Source: a virus (taxonomy: Duplodnaviria; Caudoviricetes). Taken from it: 64,000 bases of DNA. The DNA lies in the IMG/VR virus record IMGVR_UViG_3300013126_000027, positions 2,030 to 66,029 of that record; one strand, 5' to 3'. Positions 46,793 to 55,442 of this stretch are shown here, one piece after another. The number at the start of each line of letters is the position of its first letter. Positions within the stretch are counted from its first letter, which is position 1. The position numbers were made by a program, and so were the translations under genes. The notes under the pieces are model-generated. The model made no database searches. It worked only from the letters and a program-made list of their open reading frames with translations, and was not told where the DNA came from.

Positions 46793-49462
46793 ATGGCAGA
46801 GAACAATCCCCTCGAAAATTCACAGATGGACAAGACCCTTGGTGACATAAAGCAGCAAGGTACTGTCACCAACAAGATTTTGGGCGACATATCAAAGCAC
46901 GAAAACGACACGGGGGAAATGATTGGTGACTTGCTGAAGAACGAGAAGTCCCTCCTTGACACTATGAAGGAGAACAACAAGAGCATCAAGGAGATTGCCG
47001 ATTCAAACAAGAGAATGGCTCATGCCGCCGAAGAGGAAAAGAGAGAAGCAAAGACGGCAGGGGGTGCTGGTACCGTTGGATTTGGAAAGCAGTTGCAAGC
47101 CTCCATGAAGGAGGCGATGCGCGAAATCAGCCCAATGTATGCAGGGGCAACAAATCCGATAATGACTTTCTTGAAGGGGAGCAGCCTTGCAGGGGGAAAC
47201 AAAGGTCTTCTTGGATTGGGTGGAGCGGGTGGTGCAAGCGGTCAGGGAGCAGGAATACTCGGAACGATTGCCGGTGGAGGAGCAGGATTTCTGATCGGAT
47301 TCCTGACTCCCGTGGTAAAGGCGTACCAAACCTTGTTCAAGTCTTTCTACACCGGACTTTCGCCCGTATTCAATGTCTTGGGAAAAGCAGGAAGAGCGGT
47401 CTTTCAGACCTTTATGGAGACATTTCCCCTTGCCGATGAATTGAAGGGAATTGTCAAATACATCGGAGAATCTTTCAGCATTCTTGGAAAAATGCTGCTT
47501 GGTGCAATGAAGTCAATAGGCGGCGTAGTTGATTACGGTCTCGTCATGTTGAGAAGCGTGTTTGGAAGCAGCATACCAAGGCTCAAGACCATATTGGGTT
47601 TCTTCGGTGACATGTTCACGGGCATAGGAGGAAAGTTGCGGGCTTTCCTCAGCGCAGACGGCATTCTCTACGGCACCATGAATGCCATAGAGAAATTGTT
47701 TGGTTACGGGGCAATAGATCCATTCGTAAAGGCTTTTGAGTTCGCCGGAAAGTTGGCAAAGTTCTTGCCCTTCCTTACCGTGATTCCCACCGCAATAGAG
47801 ACCGTGGTCTCGGCATTCAAGAAGTTTGAGACTGAAGGATTCAAGGGAGTCTTCAAGGCAATCATGGTTGGACTGCTCAAAGGCGTTGCCGCGTTCTTCA
47901 CCTTGGGACTCTCTGATTTTGCCTTGGACTTTGAAAAAATGTATTCCACCTTGTCTGCATCCTTGGACGGAATATTTTCGGAGATATCAGGGGTTGTCAA
48001 CCTGTTTGTTGATGTATTCAAGTGGCTGTTCGGAACAATGATGCAACTGTGGAACGGGATACTCAAGCCGATATTCGTGTCTCTCTATGAAGATGCACTA
48101 AAGCCGATATTCGAAGCATTGAGTGCGCTCGGAGATTTTGCAATGATTCTCTTCGATGTGGTGTTCACGCTGCTCAAGCCGGTGATTGCCATAGCCAGAT
48201 TTGCATTCAAGTTGATTTTTGAAGTCGTAAAGTTGGTTTACGATTTTGTGATCTACCCGATCATTTCCCTGCTTGTGCCGATCTTCAAAGTCCTGTTCAA
48301 GACAATAGGAATATTGCTGACTCCCGTGACTGCCTTGTTTCAAATATTGACCATAGTCGTTGGGAACTTCTGGAACAAGTTCCTCAAGCCCATCGTGAAC
48401 TTCATAACTGACCTGTTCTCGGCAGGAGCCGAAATGGGTTCGTTGTCTGAACTCATAGGAAATGCATTGTCATATTGGGGAGAAGTGATAAAGGCAGGAT
48501 GGGACTTCATCATCGGTTACTACGAAATGATCACGGACACCATAGCCGATGCAATGATGTTCTGGTGGGAACTCATAACCGACACATGGAACTATGTCTA
48601 TGGACTGTGGGACAAGTTGACCGACATGCTTGCATATGGAATGCTGTGGTGGTGGGATGCTATAAAGTCCGCATGGAATTATGTGTACAATCTTTGGGAT
48701 CAAACCACAAGTCTTCTTGCTGACGGCATGTTGATATGGGCAGGATGGATAGAACAAGCATGGGACTATGTGTACGGAGTATGGGATTCAACAGTAGGGT
48801 TGCTTGCCGATGGAATGCTCATATGGGCAGGATGGATACAGGATGGTTATGATTATGTCGTTGGCTTGTGGGAAGACCTGACTGATGCATTGGCATACGG
48901 AATCCTGTGGTGGCACGAAAAGATAACGGCAGCATGGGATTATGTCGTTGGCTTGTGGGAATTTGCAGTTGAAGCATTGGCAGAATCCTTGGAGCCTGTT
49001 GTTTCGCCCATAATGGAGTTCTTTGACTTCGTTGGAAACTTGTTTGGTCAATTGAAGCAATATGCATCAAGCATTCTTTCATTCATACCTGGCATGGGCG
49101 GTGGGGAAGAGACTTCCAAGGAAGTGAAATCGCCGGTTCTTGCGACAACTGCTTCATCAGGAAGCAAAATCCTAGAGGAAAGACGGCGGGAAAGAGAAGA
49201 AAGAAAGAAGCGACTTTCTGAGATGATTGCAAGGGACGAGGCTCAATACGGTGTTGAAGGTGCTGCTGCCATGAGACAAAACCTCCGACAGCAGATGTCA
49301 GCGGGGGGAGGAGCGGCAGGAGGAGTTGGCATCACCAACATCGTCAACAATGCACCGACCACGAACATCAGCGGTGGCGGTGGAGGAGCGGCAATACCTG
49401 TTCCTCTTTCACCGAATCCGATCCGCCATGCCGATCCGACTCGCGCATTGATTTCAAATTAA
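46793..49462 (+). CDS. Tape measure protein (gp29 position)
   Basis: Follows gp26-gp51. Long amphipathic/hydrophobic helices, Trp-periodic 29-aa repeats, C-terminal NNAPTTN motif. Confidence 0.78.
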   Translation: MAENNPLENSQMDKTLGDIKQQGTVTNKILGDISKHENDTGEMIGDLLKNEKSLLDTMKENNKSIKEIADSNKRMAHAAEEEKREAKTAGGAGTVGFGKQLQASMKEAMREISPMYAGATNPIMTFLKGSSLAGGNKGLLGLGGAGGASGQGAGILGTIAGGGAGFLIGFLTPVVKAYQTLFKSFYTGLSPVFNVLGKAGRAVFQTFMETFPLADELKGIVKYIGESFSILGKMLLGAMKSIGGVVDYGLVMLRSVFGSSIPRLKTILGFFGDMFTGIGGKLRAFLSADGILYGTMNAIEKLFGYGAIDPFVKAFEFAGKLAKFLPFLTVIPTAIETVVSAFKKFETEGFKGVFKAIMVGLLKGVAAFFTLGLSDFALDFEKMYSTLSASLDGIFSEISGVVNLFVDVFKWLFGTMMQLWNGILKPIFVSLYEDALKPIFEALSALGDFAMILFDVVFTLLKPVIAIARFAFKLIFEVVKLVYDFVIYPIISLLVPIFKVLFKTIGILLTPVTALFQILTIVVGNFWNKFLKPIVNFITDLFSAGAEMGSLSELIGNALSYWGEVIKAGWDFIIGYYEMITDTIADAMMFWWELITDTWNYVYGLWDKLTDMLAYGMLWWWDAIKSAWNYVYNLWDQTTSLLADGMLIWAGWIEQAWDYVYGVWDSTVGLLADGMLIWAGWIQDGYDYVVGLWEDLTDALAYGILWWHEKITAAWDYVVGLWEFAVEALAESLEPVVSPIMEFFDFVGNLFGQLKQYASSILSFIPGMGGGEETSKEVKSPVLATTASSGSKILEERRREREERKKRLSEMIARDEAQYGVEGAAAMRQNLRQQMSAGGGAAGGVGITNIVNNAPTTNISGGGGGAAIPVPLSPNPIRHADPTRALISN
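48476..48997 (+). repeat. Six 87-bp (29-aa) Trp-rich repeats in the tape measure gene
   Basis: TGG codons at 48476, 48563, 48650, 48737, 48824 and 48911; gattatgtcgttggcttgtgggaa occurs twice, 87 bp apart. Confidence 0.9.
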
Positions 49463-49492
49463 AGAACAACCGCCACCCTTTCGGATGGCGGC
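49461..49492 (-). terminator. Intrinsic terminator after gp32 (possibly bidirectional)
   Basis: Minus strand GCCGCCATCC-GAAA-GGGTGGCGGT followed by TGTTCTTT, between convergent genes. Confidence 0.8.
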
Positions 49493-49518
49493 TGCATGAC
49501 TCTCACGGATGGGGTTGA

Positions 49519-50448
49519 TCAGTCCTCTTCCGCCAACTTGCGGAAGTAGGCAAGGGCATCGTCCTCTCCCTCGTCCTCGCTTGCCTTTGCGGGAGCGGGC
49601 TTCTTGGCAGCGGGCTTGACCGCTTCCTCCGTAGCCTTGTTGCTCTTGGCAAACTTCTGCGACAGGGACTCACGGACAGGCTCCTCGTCAGCCTTCTTCT
49701 CGGGTGCTTCCGTGAAGAGAACCGTGTGCAGACGATCCTTGAGTTCATCGTAGGACTTGAACTGATCGGGAGCCACGAACGCCTGTAGCGAATGCTCCTT
49801 CTTCCAAAGAGCCTCAAGTTCCGAATCCTCCCCGTCAAGCAGGGCAGACGAAGCCTCGAATGAACTCTTCTCGTAGTTGACATAACCACCGTCACCAATG
49901 GTTGCCTTCAACTTGAAGTTGCAGCCTTGCCAGAAGTCGAACGGATTGATCGGGTTCTCGTCATCGAACTTCGGGTTCATCTTGTCGTTGATCTTCTCAA
50001 AGATCTTCGCACCGTACTTGAAGAGGAACACCTTGCCCTCGTTCTCGGGGTGCGCGGGATCCTTGACAATCAGGATGTTGCTGATGTAGGACAACTTGCG
50101 CTTGCGGTCACGGGCGACTGCCTTGTCGGACTCCACGCCGCTGTTCCACAGTTCGTTGTTTCCTTCGCAGATCGGACACTTCTTGCCAATCGTGGTCGGG
50201 CAGTTTTCGATCATCCAACCGCCCTTGCCCTTGAAGCCGTGGCTGAACACGCGCACCCAAGGAATCTCCTCTCCTTCGATTGCAGGAAGGAAGCGAATCA
50301 CGGCATAGCCGTTTCCCGCCTTGTCGCGCTCAAGCGACCAGAACCGATCATCCTTTTCGTACCCACCCTTGCTGTTCAACTTCTCCATTTCCTTGGAGAG
50401 TTGTTCCGTCATTGTCTTTGACTTCTTCTTGAGGTCTGAGAATCCCAT
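49519..50448 (-). CDS. gp32: Single-stranded DNA-binding protein
   Basis: DDRFW, DKAGNGYAVIRFLP, HGFKG.GGW.IENC.TT, KRKLSY.SNI, PFDFWQG.NFKLK, acidic tail ending DALAYF.KLAEED. Confidence 0.97.
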   Translation of the reverse strand: MGFSDLKKKSKTMTEQLSKEMEKLNSKGGYEKDDRFWSLERDKAGNGYAVIRFLPAIEGEEIPWVRVFSHGFKGKGGWMIENCPTTIGKKCPICEGNNELWNSGVESDKAVARDRKRKLSYISNILIVKDPAHPENEGKVFLFKYGAKIFEKINDKMNPKFDDENPINPFDFWQGCNFKLKATIGDGGYVNYEKSSFEASSALLDGEDSELEALWKKEHSLQAFVAPDQFKSYDELKDRLHTVLFTEAPEKKADEEPVRESLSQKFAKSNKATEEAVKPAAKKPAPAKASEDEGEDDALAYFRKLAEED

Positions 50449-50519
50449 ATGTTTAGTGTCCTTTCGTGTGTTTGTGTGAGAAGTATGGAATAGTATACAG
50501 GTATCTAGGTTTCGGTCAA
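50449..50519 (-). promoter_or_regulatory. Sigma70-like promoter and A/C-rich unstructured leader of gp32
   Basis: TTGACC (50514-50519), 16 nt, TATACT (50492-50497). Leader CTCACACAAACACACGAAAGGACACTAAACAT. Confidence 0.65.
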
Positions 50520-51145
50520 GTGCTTTCGCACAGGATTTTCCTGACCGATTCCTTCAGATTCTGTAGATTGGCAGCGTGAACCGCAAACATCCTGTATCCG
50601 CGAATGCGCCCACGCATCTCGTCCCAAATGGGATCGTTTTGAAGTTTTGCATCCCAATGTTTCGTAAAATCCATGATGTGGTCAAGGATGCAGAATGTCT
50701 CGGGAGTGATCTTCTTCTGCATCAGGAGTTTCAGAATCTTGGGATGGTTGCTGTTCTCCGCGATGAACAACTTGCCCCATGCATTCGGAGTGAACTGCTC
50801 ATGTATCGATGAATATCGGACGAGTGTCTTGATGTCCTCACCGAACTGATAAGTCATGCGCTCGTTGCGCTTTCGCCATTCCAAGAATCTTTGGTTCGCT
50901 TCCTCACCGACCATGGAGCCGATCCACAGGTTTGGATTCTCATGCATCTGCGAGACAAGGAAACGAACCATGCCTTCGTCCGTGCTGTGACGCTTTGCCA
51001 ACTTGTCGAAGAAGTGGCGATCCTTGCGGTTTTCAAATGTCTGCATCTTGGGAGACAGCCTCCCGAACCTGAAGAAGTCATATTTGTCTCCTCTGAAATG
51101 CGCTTTCAGGGAGACATAGATTCTGTAGGCTTCATACCCGTTCAT
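50516..51145 (-). CDS. gp59: Helicase loader
   Basis: Y..Y.SLK.HF...YDFF, F..RKDR.FF.KL, HP.ILK, I.PETF; synteny 33-59-32. Confidence 0.9.
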   Translation of the reverse strand: MNGYEAYRIYVSLKAHFRGDKYDFFRFGRLSPKMQTFENRKDRHFFDKLAKRHSTDEGMVRFLVSQMHENPNLWIGSMVGEEANQRFLEWRKRNERMTYQFGEDIKTLVRYSSIHEQFTPNAWGKLFIAENSNHPKILKLLMQKKITPETFCILDHIMDFTKHWDAKLQNDPIWDEMRGRIRGYRMFAVHAANLQNLKESVRKILCEST

Positions 51146-51369
51146 AGGGGAAGTTTGGAGTCCTTCTTGAGGAGATTCAGACGCTGCCCTTCGACTTTGA
51201 GTCTTTCCTTGATTGGCTTGCTCAAAATCTTGGAAACCGTGTCAGGCTCCACGCCATGCTTCTCGCAGATGTGCAGAACCGCGTCAATGTATGACGGTTC
51301 CTTCTGCCGCTTGACGAATTCCTCGACTTCCTTTGAGAAGTCTTGGCTGATGTTCACTATCGATCCCAT
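51142..51369 (-). CDS. gp33: Late promoter transcription coactivator
   Basis: FS.EVE, YIDAV..ICE...VEP..V.K.LSKP.KE.L..E...LN.L, terminal KLPL. Confidence 0.9.
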   Translation of the reverse strand: MGSIVNISQDFSKEVEEFVKRQKEPSYIDAVLHICEKHGVEPDTVSKILSKPIKERLKVEGQRLNLLKKDSKLPL

Positions 51370-51371
51370 GC

Positions 51372-51599
51372 TTACTCCGAGTAGGGGACTACGCCGATTT
51401 GTTCAATTGCACGGCGAATTCCGTTTTCCATTTCCTCTTCCGTCAGGAGCATGATCAGTTCGTCCCCCTCCTTGCGGAAGATGCGAACGCAATGATAACG
51501 AGGTTCACCCTTGGAGTCAACCTTCGGCTGCGCGGAATCCTGCGCTTTCACAAAGAAACCCTTAAGCCACTTCACTAGTCGCTTTAGCCAATTCATCAT
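51372..51599 (-). CDS. Hypothetical protein
   Basis: 75 aa ORF filling the gap between the exonuclease and gp33; amphipathic N-terminal helix. Confidence 0.6.
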   Translation of the reverse strand: MMNWLKRLVKWLKGFFVKAQDSAQPKVDSKGEPRYHCVRIFRKEGDELIMLLTEEEMENGIRRAIEQIGVVPYSE

Positions 51600-52260
51600 T
51601 CACTCTTTCTTGAATTTCCTGAAAGTCGTTCTTTGACCAGTACAAGTCAATCGCCTTTTTCAAGCCTTCACGGGCTTTCTTGGAATCCTCAATGAATTCC
51701 TGATCGACACCGCTGTCACAGGCAACGAGAATCACCGTCTGCGGCAACTTCTTCTGACCCGTTCGTTCGACCCACATATGGGCATACGCACAAGCCTGTT
51801 GGAAGTAATTCTGAATGTCGGACTTTCGCTTTTCCTTTCGGGAGGACTTGAAGTCGATGATCGAAATGTTGCCATCGTATTCAGCGATGCAATCGTAGCG
51901 TCCTGCAAGGCGCAGGGTATCCGACCACATTGACTGCTCCTGACCGTAGATGTTGGTGATCTTGTCAAGATGCTTCTTGATGAGCATGAAAAGGTTCTTA
52001 TCGCCAAGCGGAGCAGCCTTCACCTTTTCGTGTTCGCCCTTGAGGTAGGCTTCGGTGATTTCGTGCAACTTGTTGCCACGGGCAATCGCTTGCTTGGAGA
52101 TTTCCATGTTCTTGGGATCATTGCGCCATGCAGCCCAGAAGTCCTTCTTCTCAAAACCCGTGACCGTGGTCACGGACGGATACCACATCCCCGTGGACGG
52201 CGATTCGTAAAAGCGACCAAGATCGGAAAGTTCGACAGAGCGTAGTCTTGGGAAATTCAT
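51562..52260 (-). CDS. PD-(D/E)XK exonuclease
   Basis: YPSVTTV, RG..LH...E.YL, LAGR.DCIAEYDG..SIIDFKSS, Y..Q..AYA. Confidence 0.88.
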   Translation of the reverse strand: MNFPRLRSVELSDLGRFYESPSTGMWYPSVTTVTGFEKKDFWAAWRNDPKNMEISKQAIARGNKLHEITEAYLKGEHEKVKAAPLGDKNLFMLIKKHLDKITNIYGQEQSMWSDTLRLAGRYDCIAEYDGNISIIDFKSSRKEKRKSDIQNYFQQACAYAHMWVERTGQKKLPQTVILVACDSGVDQEFIEDSKKAREGLKKAIDLYWSKNDFQEIQERVNDELAKATSEVA

Positions 52261-52261
52261 T

Positions 52262-52531
52262 TCAATGCATCCAATCTTGGCGGCTAGTACGCATGTTGTG
52301 CCGTGGATGCGCTTGCTTCACCTTTGCCATGACTTCCTGCCAACCCTTGTCGGGCTTGCGAACGCCAATGCGAACCGAATCGCAGACAGCGGGTGCGCCC
52401 ACGACAAGTTCTACTTTCTTCTTTCCGCAGGAGGGACACTTCTTCTTGGTGGGCTTCTCCATGTCGGCTATGCGTAGCATCTGTTCGAATGCGTGTCCGC
52501 AATCCCCGCACTTGTAGTCATAGAATGGCAT
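52262..52531 (-). CDS. FmdB-family zinc ribbon protein
   Basis: MPFYDYKC..CG..FE...CP.CG. Late-type promoter at 52556-52562. Confidence 0.88.
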   Translation of the reverse strand: MPFYDYKCGDCGHAFEQMLRIADMEKPTKKKCPSCGKKKVELVVGAPAVCDSVRIGVRKPDKGWQEVMAKVKQAHPRHNMRTSRQDWMH

Positions 52532-53099
52532 CCTGAACCTCCTTGGTTGGTACTGTATTTATGCACCACCAATCAGGAATGTTCCTATTTGTCCACTTTG
52601 CCATCCTGTGCTTTGCGCCGATGTAGTAGTTCTTGTATGCAGTCACGGAGTCGCCCTTGACCTTGAACTCTTTTGGCATTGCCTGTGGGGGCTGCGTGAA
52701 ACCCTTGATTCCCTTCAGGCTCTTGGGTGAATTGCGTAGATCATCCCAACAACGACCGACAACAGCATGGGTCTTCCCATACCGATGCGTGTATTCCTTG
52801 CACAGATGCGTGAGCAACTGATAAAGCCACAGATATTGGTCTTCCGACTGCCTAGCCCAAATAGCGCAGGGATGGTTGACATGCGATGCAAGGAACAACT
52901 TGGTGTTCATGCTCGGATCATCAAGAGTCCAACGCTTTCGCTTGCGATTGTTGACTACGACTACCGATTGCTTGCCGTCAAGCAAACGATGTGCGGTAGA
53001 CAGTAGTTGCGTATACTCAAGAATCATCTTGACCGTATGCTTGTCGTTGTGCATACGGGCGCACTTGCTTGGATCGGGGTCTAAGTAAAAGATGTTCAT
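52518..53099 (-). CDS. Pyrimidine dimer DNA glycosylase (DenV-like) family protein
   Basis: MNIFYLD..P..CA..H.DKH.VKMILE..QLLSTAH, H.NHP...W, EYT.RYGK.H, PQAMP, AY..YY. Confidence 0.85.
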   Translation of the reverse strand: MNIFYLDPDPSKCARMHNDKHTVKMILEYTQLLSTAHRLLDGKQSVVVVNNRKRKRWTLDDPSMNTKLFLASHVNHPCAIWARQSEDQYLWLYQLLTHLCKEYTHRYGKTHAVVGRCWDDLRNSPKSLKGIKGFTQPPQAMPKEFKVKGDSVTAYKNYYIGAKHRMAKWTNRNIPDWWCINTVPTKEVQDAIL

Positions 53100-53106
53100 G
53101 GTTGTG

Positions 53107-53137
53107 AGTATAGCAGAAAGTGGTCGAAAAAATGCAA
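53107..53137 (-). promoter_or_regulatory. Sigma70-like extended -10 promoter, probably leaderless
   Basis: TGcTATACT ends 7 nt before the ATG at 53099; TTGCAT upstream. Confidence 0.6.
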
Positions 53138-53146
53138 CCAAAGTAG

Positions 53147-53220
53147 TAGCCCCAACGGGGATTGAACCCGTAGTCTCTGCCTTGAAAGGGCAGCGATTTG
53201 GCCGATTAATCTATGGGGCC
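53147..53220 (-). tRNA. tRNA-Glu (TTC), CCA not encoded
   Basis: GGCCCCA/TGGGGCT acceptor stem, CTGCC-CTTTCAA-GGCAG anticodon arm, CGGG-TTCAATC-CCCG T arm. Confidence 0.93.
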
Positions 53221-53243
53221 AAAAAGCGGTGGTCGATCACCGC
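53221..53243 (-). terminator. Terminator-like hairpin immediately 5' of the tRNA
   Basis: Minus strand GCGGTG-ATCGAC-CACCGC-TTTTT. Confidence 0.55.
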
Positions 53244-53261
53244 GCCAAGGTGGATTCTCAA

Positions 53262-53483
53262 TCAGTAGGACTCTTCGTCCTCGTCATCCTCAAAATCATC
53301 ATCTTCCCAATCCTCTTCGTCCTCCTCCTCATCATCGGAGTCGGACTCATCATCGTCTTCATCGTAAAAATCCTCGTCATCCTCAAACTCATCATCCTCA
53401 TCGTCTTCGATGGGATCATAGTTCACGGGATCGGCGGGATCCAATGCGAGAAGTTCGAACTCGTCAATGTCAATAATAGACAT
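53262..53483 (-). CDS. Hyper-acidic small protein
   Basis: 73 aa from MSIID; 46 D/E and no K/R. AAGGAG RBS; TGATG coupling to the upstream gene. Confidence 0.8.
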   Translation of the reverse strand: MSIIDIDEFELLALDPADPVNYDPIEDDEDDEFEDDEDFYDEDDDESDSDDEEEDEEDWEDDDFEDDEDEESY

Positions 53484-53716
53484 CAGTTGTTCTCCTTGTT
53501 GCCGTCCTTCACAGGAACAACATCGTTTTCCTTGACCCAATAGTGTTCATAGGGGGCGGTCTCTCCGATCCACTCTGGTGAGTAGATGCTGACAAGATAC
53601 TGAAGACCCCACACGGGATCGCGCTCCACCTTCTTGACCTGACCGACCTTGTTCAACGACTGCACGAAAACCTTCTGTGGCTTCGGGCGCGGCTTGCTCT
53701 CAATCTTCTCTGCCAT
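53483..53716 (-). CDS. Hypothetical protein (SH3/KOW-like beta pattern)
   Basis: Start MAEK after AGAGGAG; first gene after the leftward sigma70 promoter. Confidence 0.7.
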   Translation of the reverse strand: MAEKIESKPRPKPQKVFVQSLNKVGQVKKVERDPVWGLQYLVSIYSPEWIGETAPYEHYWVKENDVVPVKDGNKENN

Positions 53717-53787
53717 TACAATGCTCCTCTTGTAGAGGCACCCACAACGACTCCAAACGCTTGGAGTGTCTTCGTTGCGTTGGGACA

Positions 53788-53848
53788 AGTATAAACCACC
53801 TTTTCTTCCCTGTCAAGGGCTTGACAGAAAAAAGTCCGATGATAAGAT
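53788..53848. promoter_or_regulatory. Back-to-back sigma70 (early) promoters
   Basis: Minus strand: TTGACA (53811-53816), 17 nt, TATACT (53788-53793). Plus strand: TTGACA (53821-53826), 16 nt, TAAGAT (53843-53848) with extended TG. Confidence 0.85.
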
Positions 53849-53856
53849 AGTGTACT

Positions 53857-54996
53857 ATGTCCACGAATGCAGAGAAAGTCCATTGGGGCTTGGAGCCTGA
53901 ATGGGACAGAACTTTTGAAAATCAATTTCAAGAATCCTGCGCCCTTGCTAGGGCAGAGAACTGGTATCACCATATGTCCGATGACAACGACCATCGGCGG
54001 TGGATTTGTGAATTCATGAAGTCCCATAAGTTTGAGGACGCGGATATCAAGGCGTACAGCCGTCTTGGGCAAACAGGCACCGTGGCGGGGGAAGTGGCAG
54101 AGAACGAGCCAGGATCAAATCTAGGCGTGGTTGCGAGGCTTGTGGAGCGCGGTGCGCCCATCCCGCCTGTACGCAGGGAACGGCTCCTGCGGGCAGTCCG
54201 ATATCTTGTAGAGAAGGGTCGGCTCCTGCGCGAGGAGGAGAAGGTAGAGGGTGTCCCAAATATTCAAGATCGCATCCGAGAGCAAGTTTCAAACTTGATC
54301 GGTGAACTTGAGGAGATTGAGGATGCCTTCTTTGTCGGCACCACGGCGAATTTCAAAGGCTGCACCGATATTGAGAATTACATCAAGAGCAGGAACATTC
54401 GCGGAGTGCAAGCAAGCCGCATCGCTGAATGGTTCAAGCGAAGGGTTGATCCGATTGAGGCAGTCCTTGGCGGCAATGCAGACGAGCAACTGAAGGAGGG
54501 ATACTCCCTCTACACGAAGAAGCAACTGAAGGAATACCTGAAGTGGCTGAACTGCCTGATCATCGCTTGTCAGCATCAGGTGGAGATTTCAAAGAAACTC
54601 CGCACACCACGCCGCCGCAAGCCCAAAGACCCCATCAAGGCGGTCAAGAACCTGAAGTTCAAGAAGGAGGATGCGGAATGGAAGATCAAGTCCGTTTCCC
54701 CGACTCGCATCATTGGATGCGAGAAGGTCATCCTTTTCAATGTCAAGACAAGGGTATGCTCCATTCTTGAAACCGAGACCCGAAATGGTCTGTCGGTCAA
54801 AGGAACGACAATCATCGGGTTTGATTCTTCAAAGTCCAAGTCCAAGAAATTGAGAAAGCCAGAGCAACTGCTCAAGGCTATCCGCGAAGAGGGTGGCATT
54901 CGTGCCGTCAAGAATGCCTTTGGTGCCTGTTCAACGCAGGAAAAAGAGGCAAAAGGACGGGTAAACGAGGATACCATTATCCTCGCGGTCTACTAA
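53857..54996 (+). CDS. Conserved-type hypothetical protein of T4-like phages
   Basis: 379 aa ORF; PNIQDRI, QLKEGYS, GLSVKGTTI.GFD..KS..K.LRKP, GR.NED.IIL resemble an uncharacterised T4-like family (from recall, unverified). Confidence 0.75.
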   Translation: MSTNAEKVHWGLEPEWDRTFENQFQESCALARAENWYHHMSDDNDHRRWICEFMKSHKFEDADIKAYSRLGQTGTVAGEVAENEPGSNLGVVARLVERGAPIPPVRRERLLRAVRYLVEKGRLLREEEKVEGVPNIQDRIREQVSNLIGELEEIEDAFFVGTTANFKGCTDIENYIKSRNIRGVQASRIAEWFKRRVDPIEAVLGGNADEQLKEGYSLYTKKQLKEYLKWLNCLIIACQHQVEISKKLRTPRRRKPKDPIKAVKNLKFKKEDAEWKIKSVSPTRIIGCEKVILFNVKTRVCSILETETRNGLSVKGTTIIGFDSSKSKSKKLRKPEQLLKAIREEGGIRAVKNAFGACSTQEKEAKGRVNEDTIILAVY

Positions 54997-55019
54997 ATAG
55001 GAATGAAGGAGCATACAAT

Positions 55020-55442
55020 ATGCAACTACTCATCTCCGAGATATTGACGAAGGCTGCGAACGAGAAAACTCCGAAGGACAAGGCTAATGTGTTGAGGGCG
55101 CACTCTTCTGCTGCATTGCAGGAAGTGTTTCGCTACGCCTATGATCCGAAGATCACATGGTTCTGCAAGGAGGCTCCTGGTTACACAGCCGATCCTGCAC
55201 CCGAAGGACTTGCATACACAACGCTGATGATTGAATATCGGCGGCTTTACCTGTACACGAAGGAAAACCCCGTGGCAGAGAAGCGCAAGACAGAACTACT
55301 CACGCAACTCTTGGAATCCCTCCATCCTACGGAGTCCAAGGTCGTGGAGCAGATGATTGCTGGAGAAATTTCAGGAATCGACAGAGAGGTCATCGACCTC
55401 GCATTTCCAAATCTTATTTCAACAAAGGTTGTCAAGGCATGA
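55020..55442 (+). CDS. Conserved-type hypothetical protein
   Basis: LISEIL, K...LR, YDP.I, L..E.R.LY, F/LLESLHP.E motifs. CTAAATA at 54993-54999 and AAGGAG RBS. Confidence 0.75.
   Translation: MQLLISEILTKAANEKTPKDKANVLRAHSSAALQEVFRYAYDPKITWFCKEAPGYTADPAPEGLAYTTLMIEYRRLYLYTKENPVAEKRKTELLTQLLESLHPTESKVVEQMIAGEISGIDREVIDLAFPNLISTKVVKA

Noticed and set aside
43685-49492. Recombinase-driven invertible segment covering the plus-strand gp4-tape measure block
   Set aside because: No matching inverted repeat seen at the right boundary and no recombinase in the window. Opposite orientation of these genes is common in T4-like phages.
51562-52260. Cas4 / CRISPR-associated nuclease
   Set aside because: It lacks the Fe-S cysteine cluster and any array or cas context. 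It is the standard T4-like PD-(D/E)XK exonuclease near gp33.
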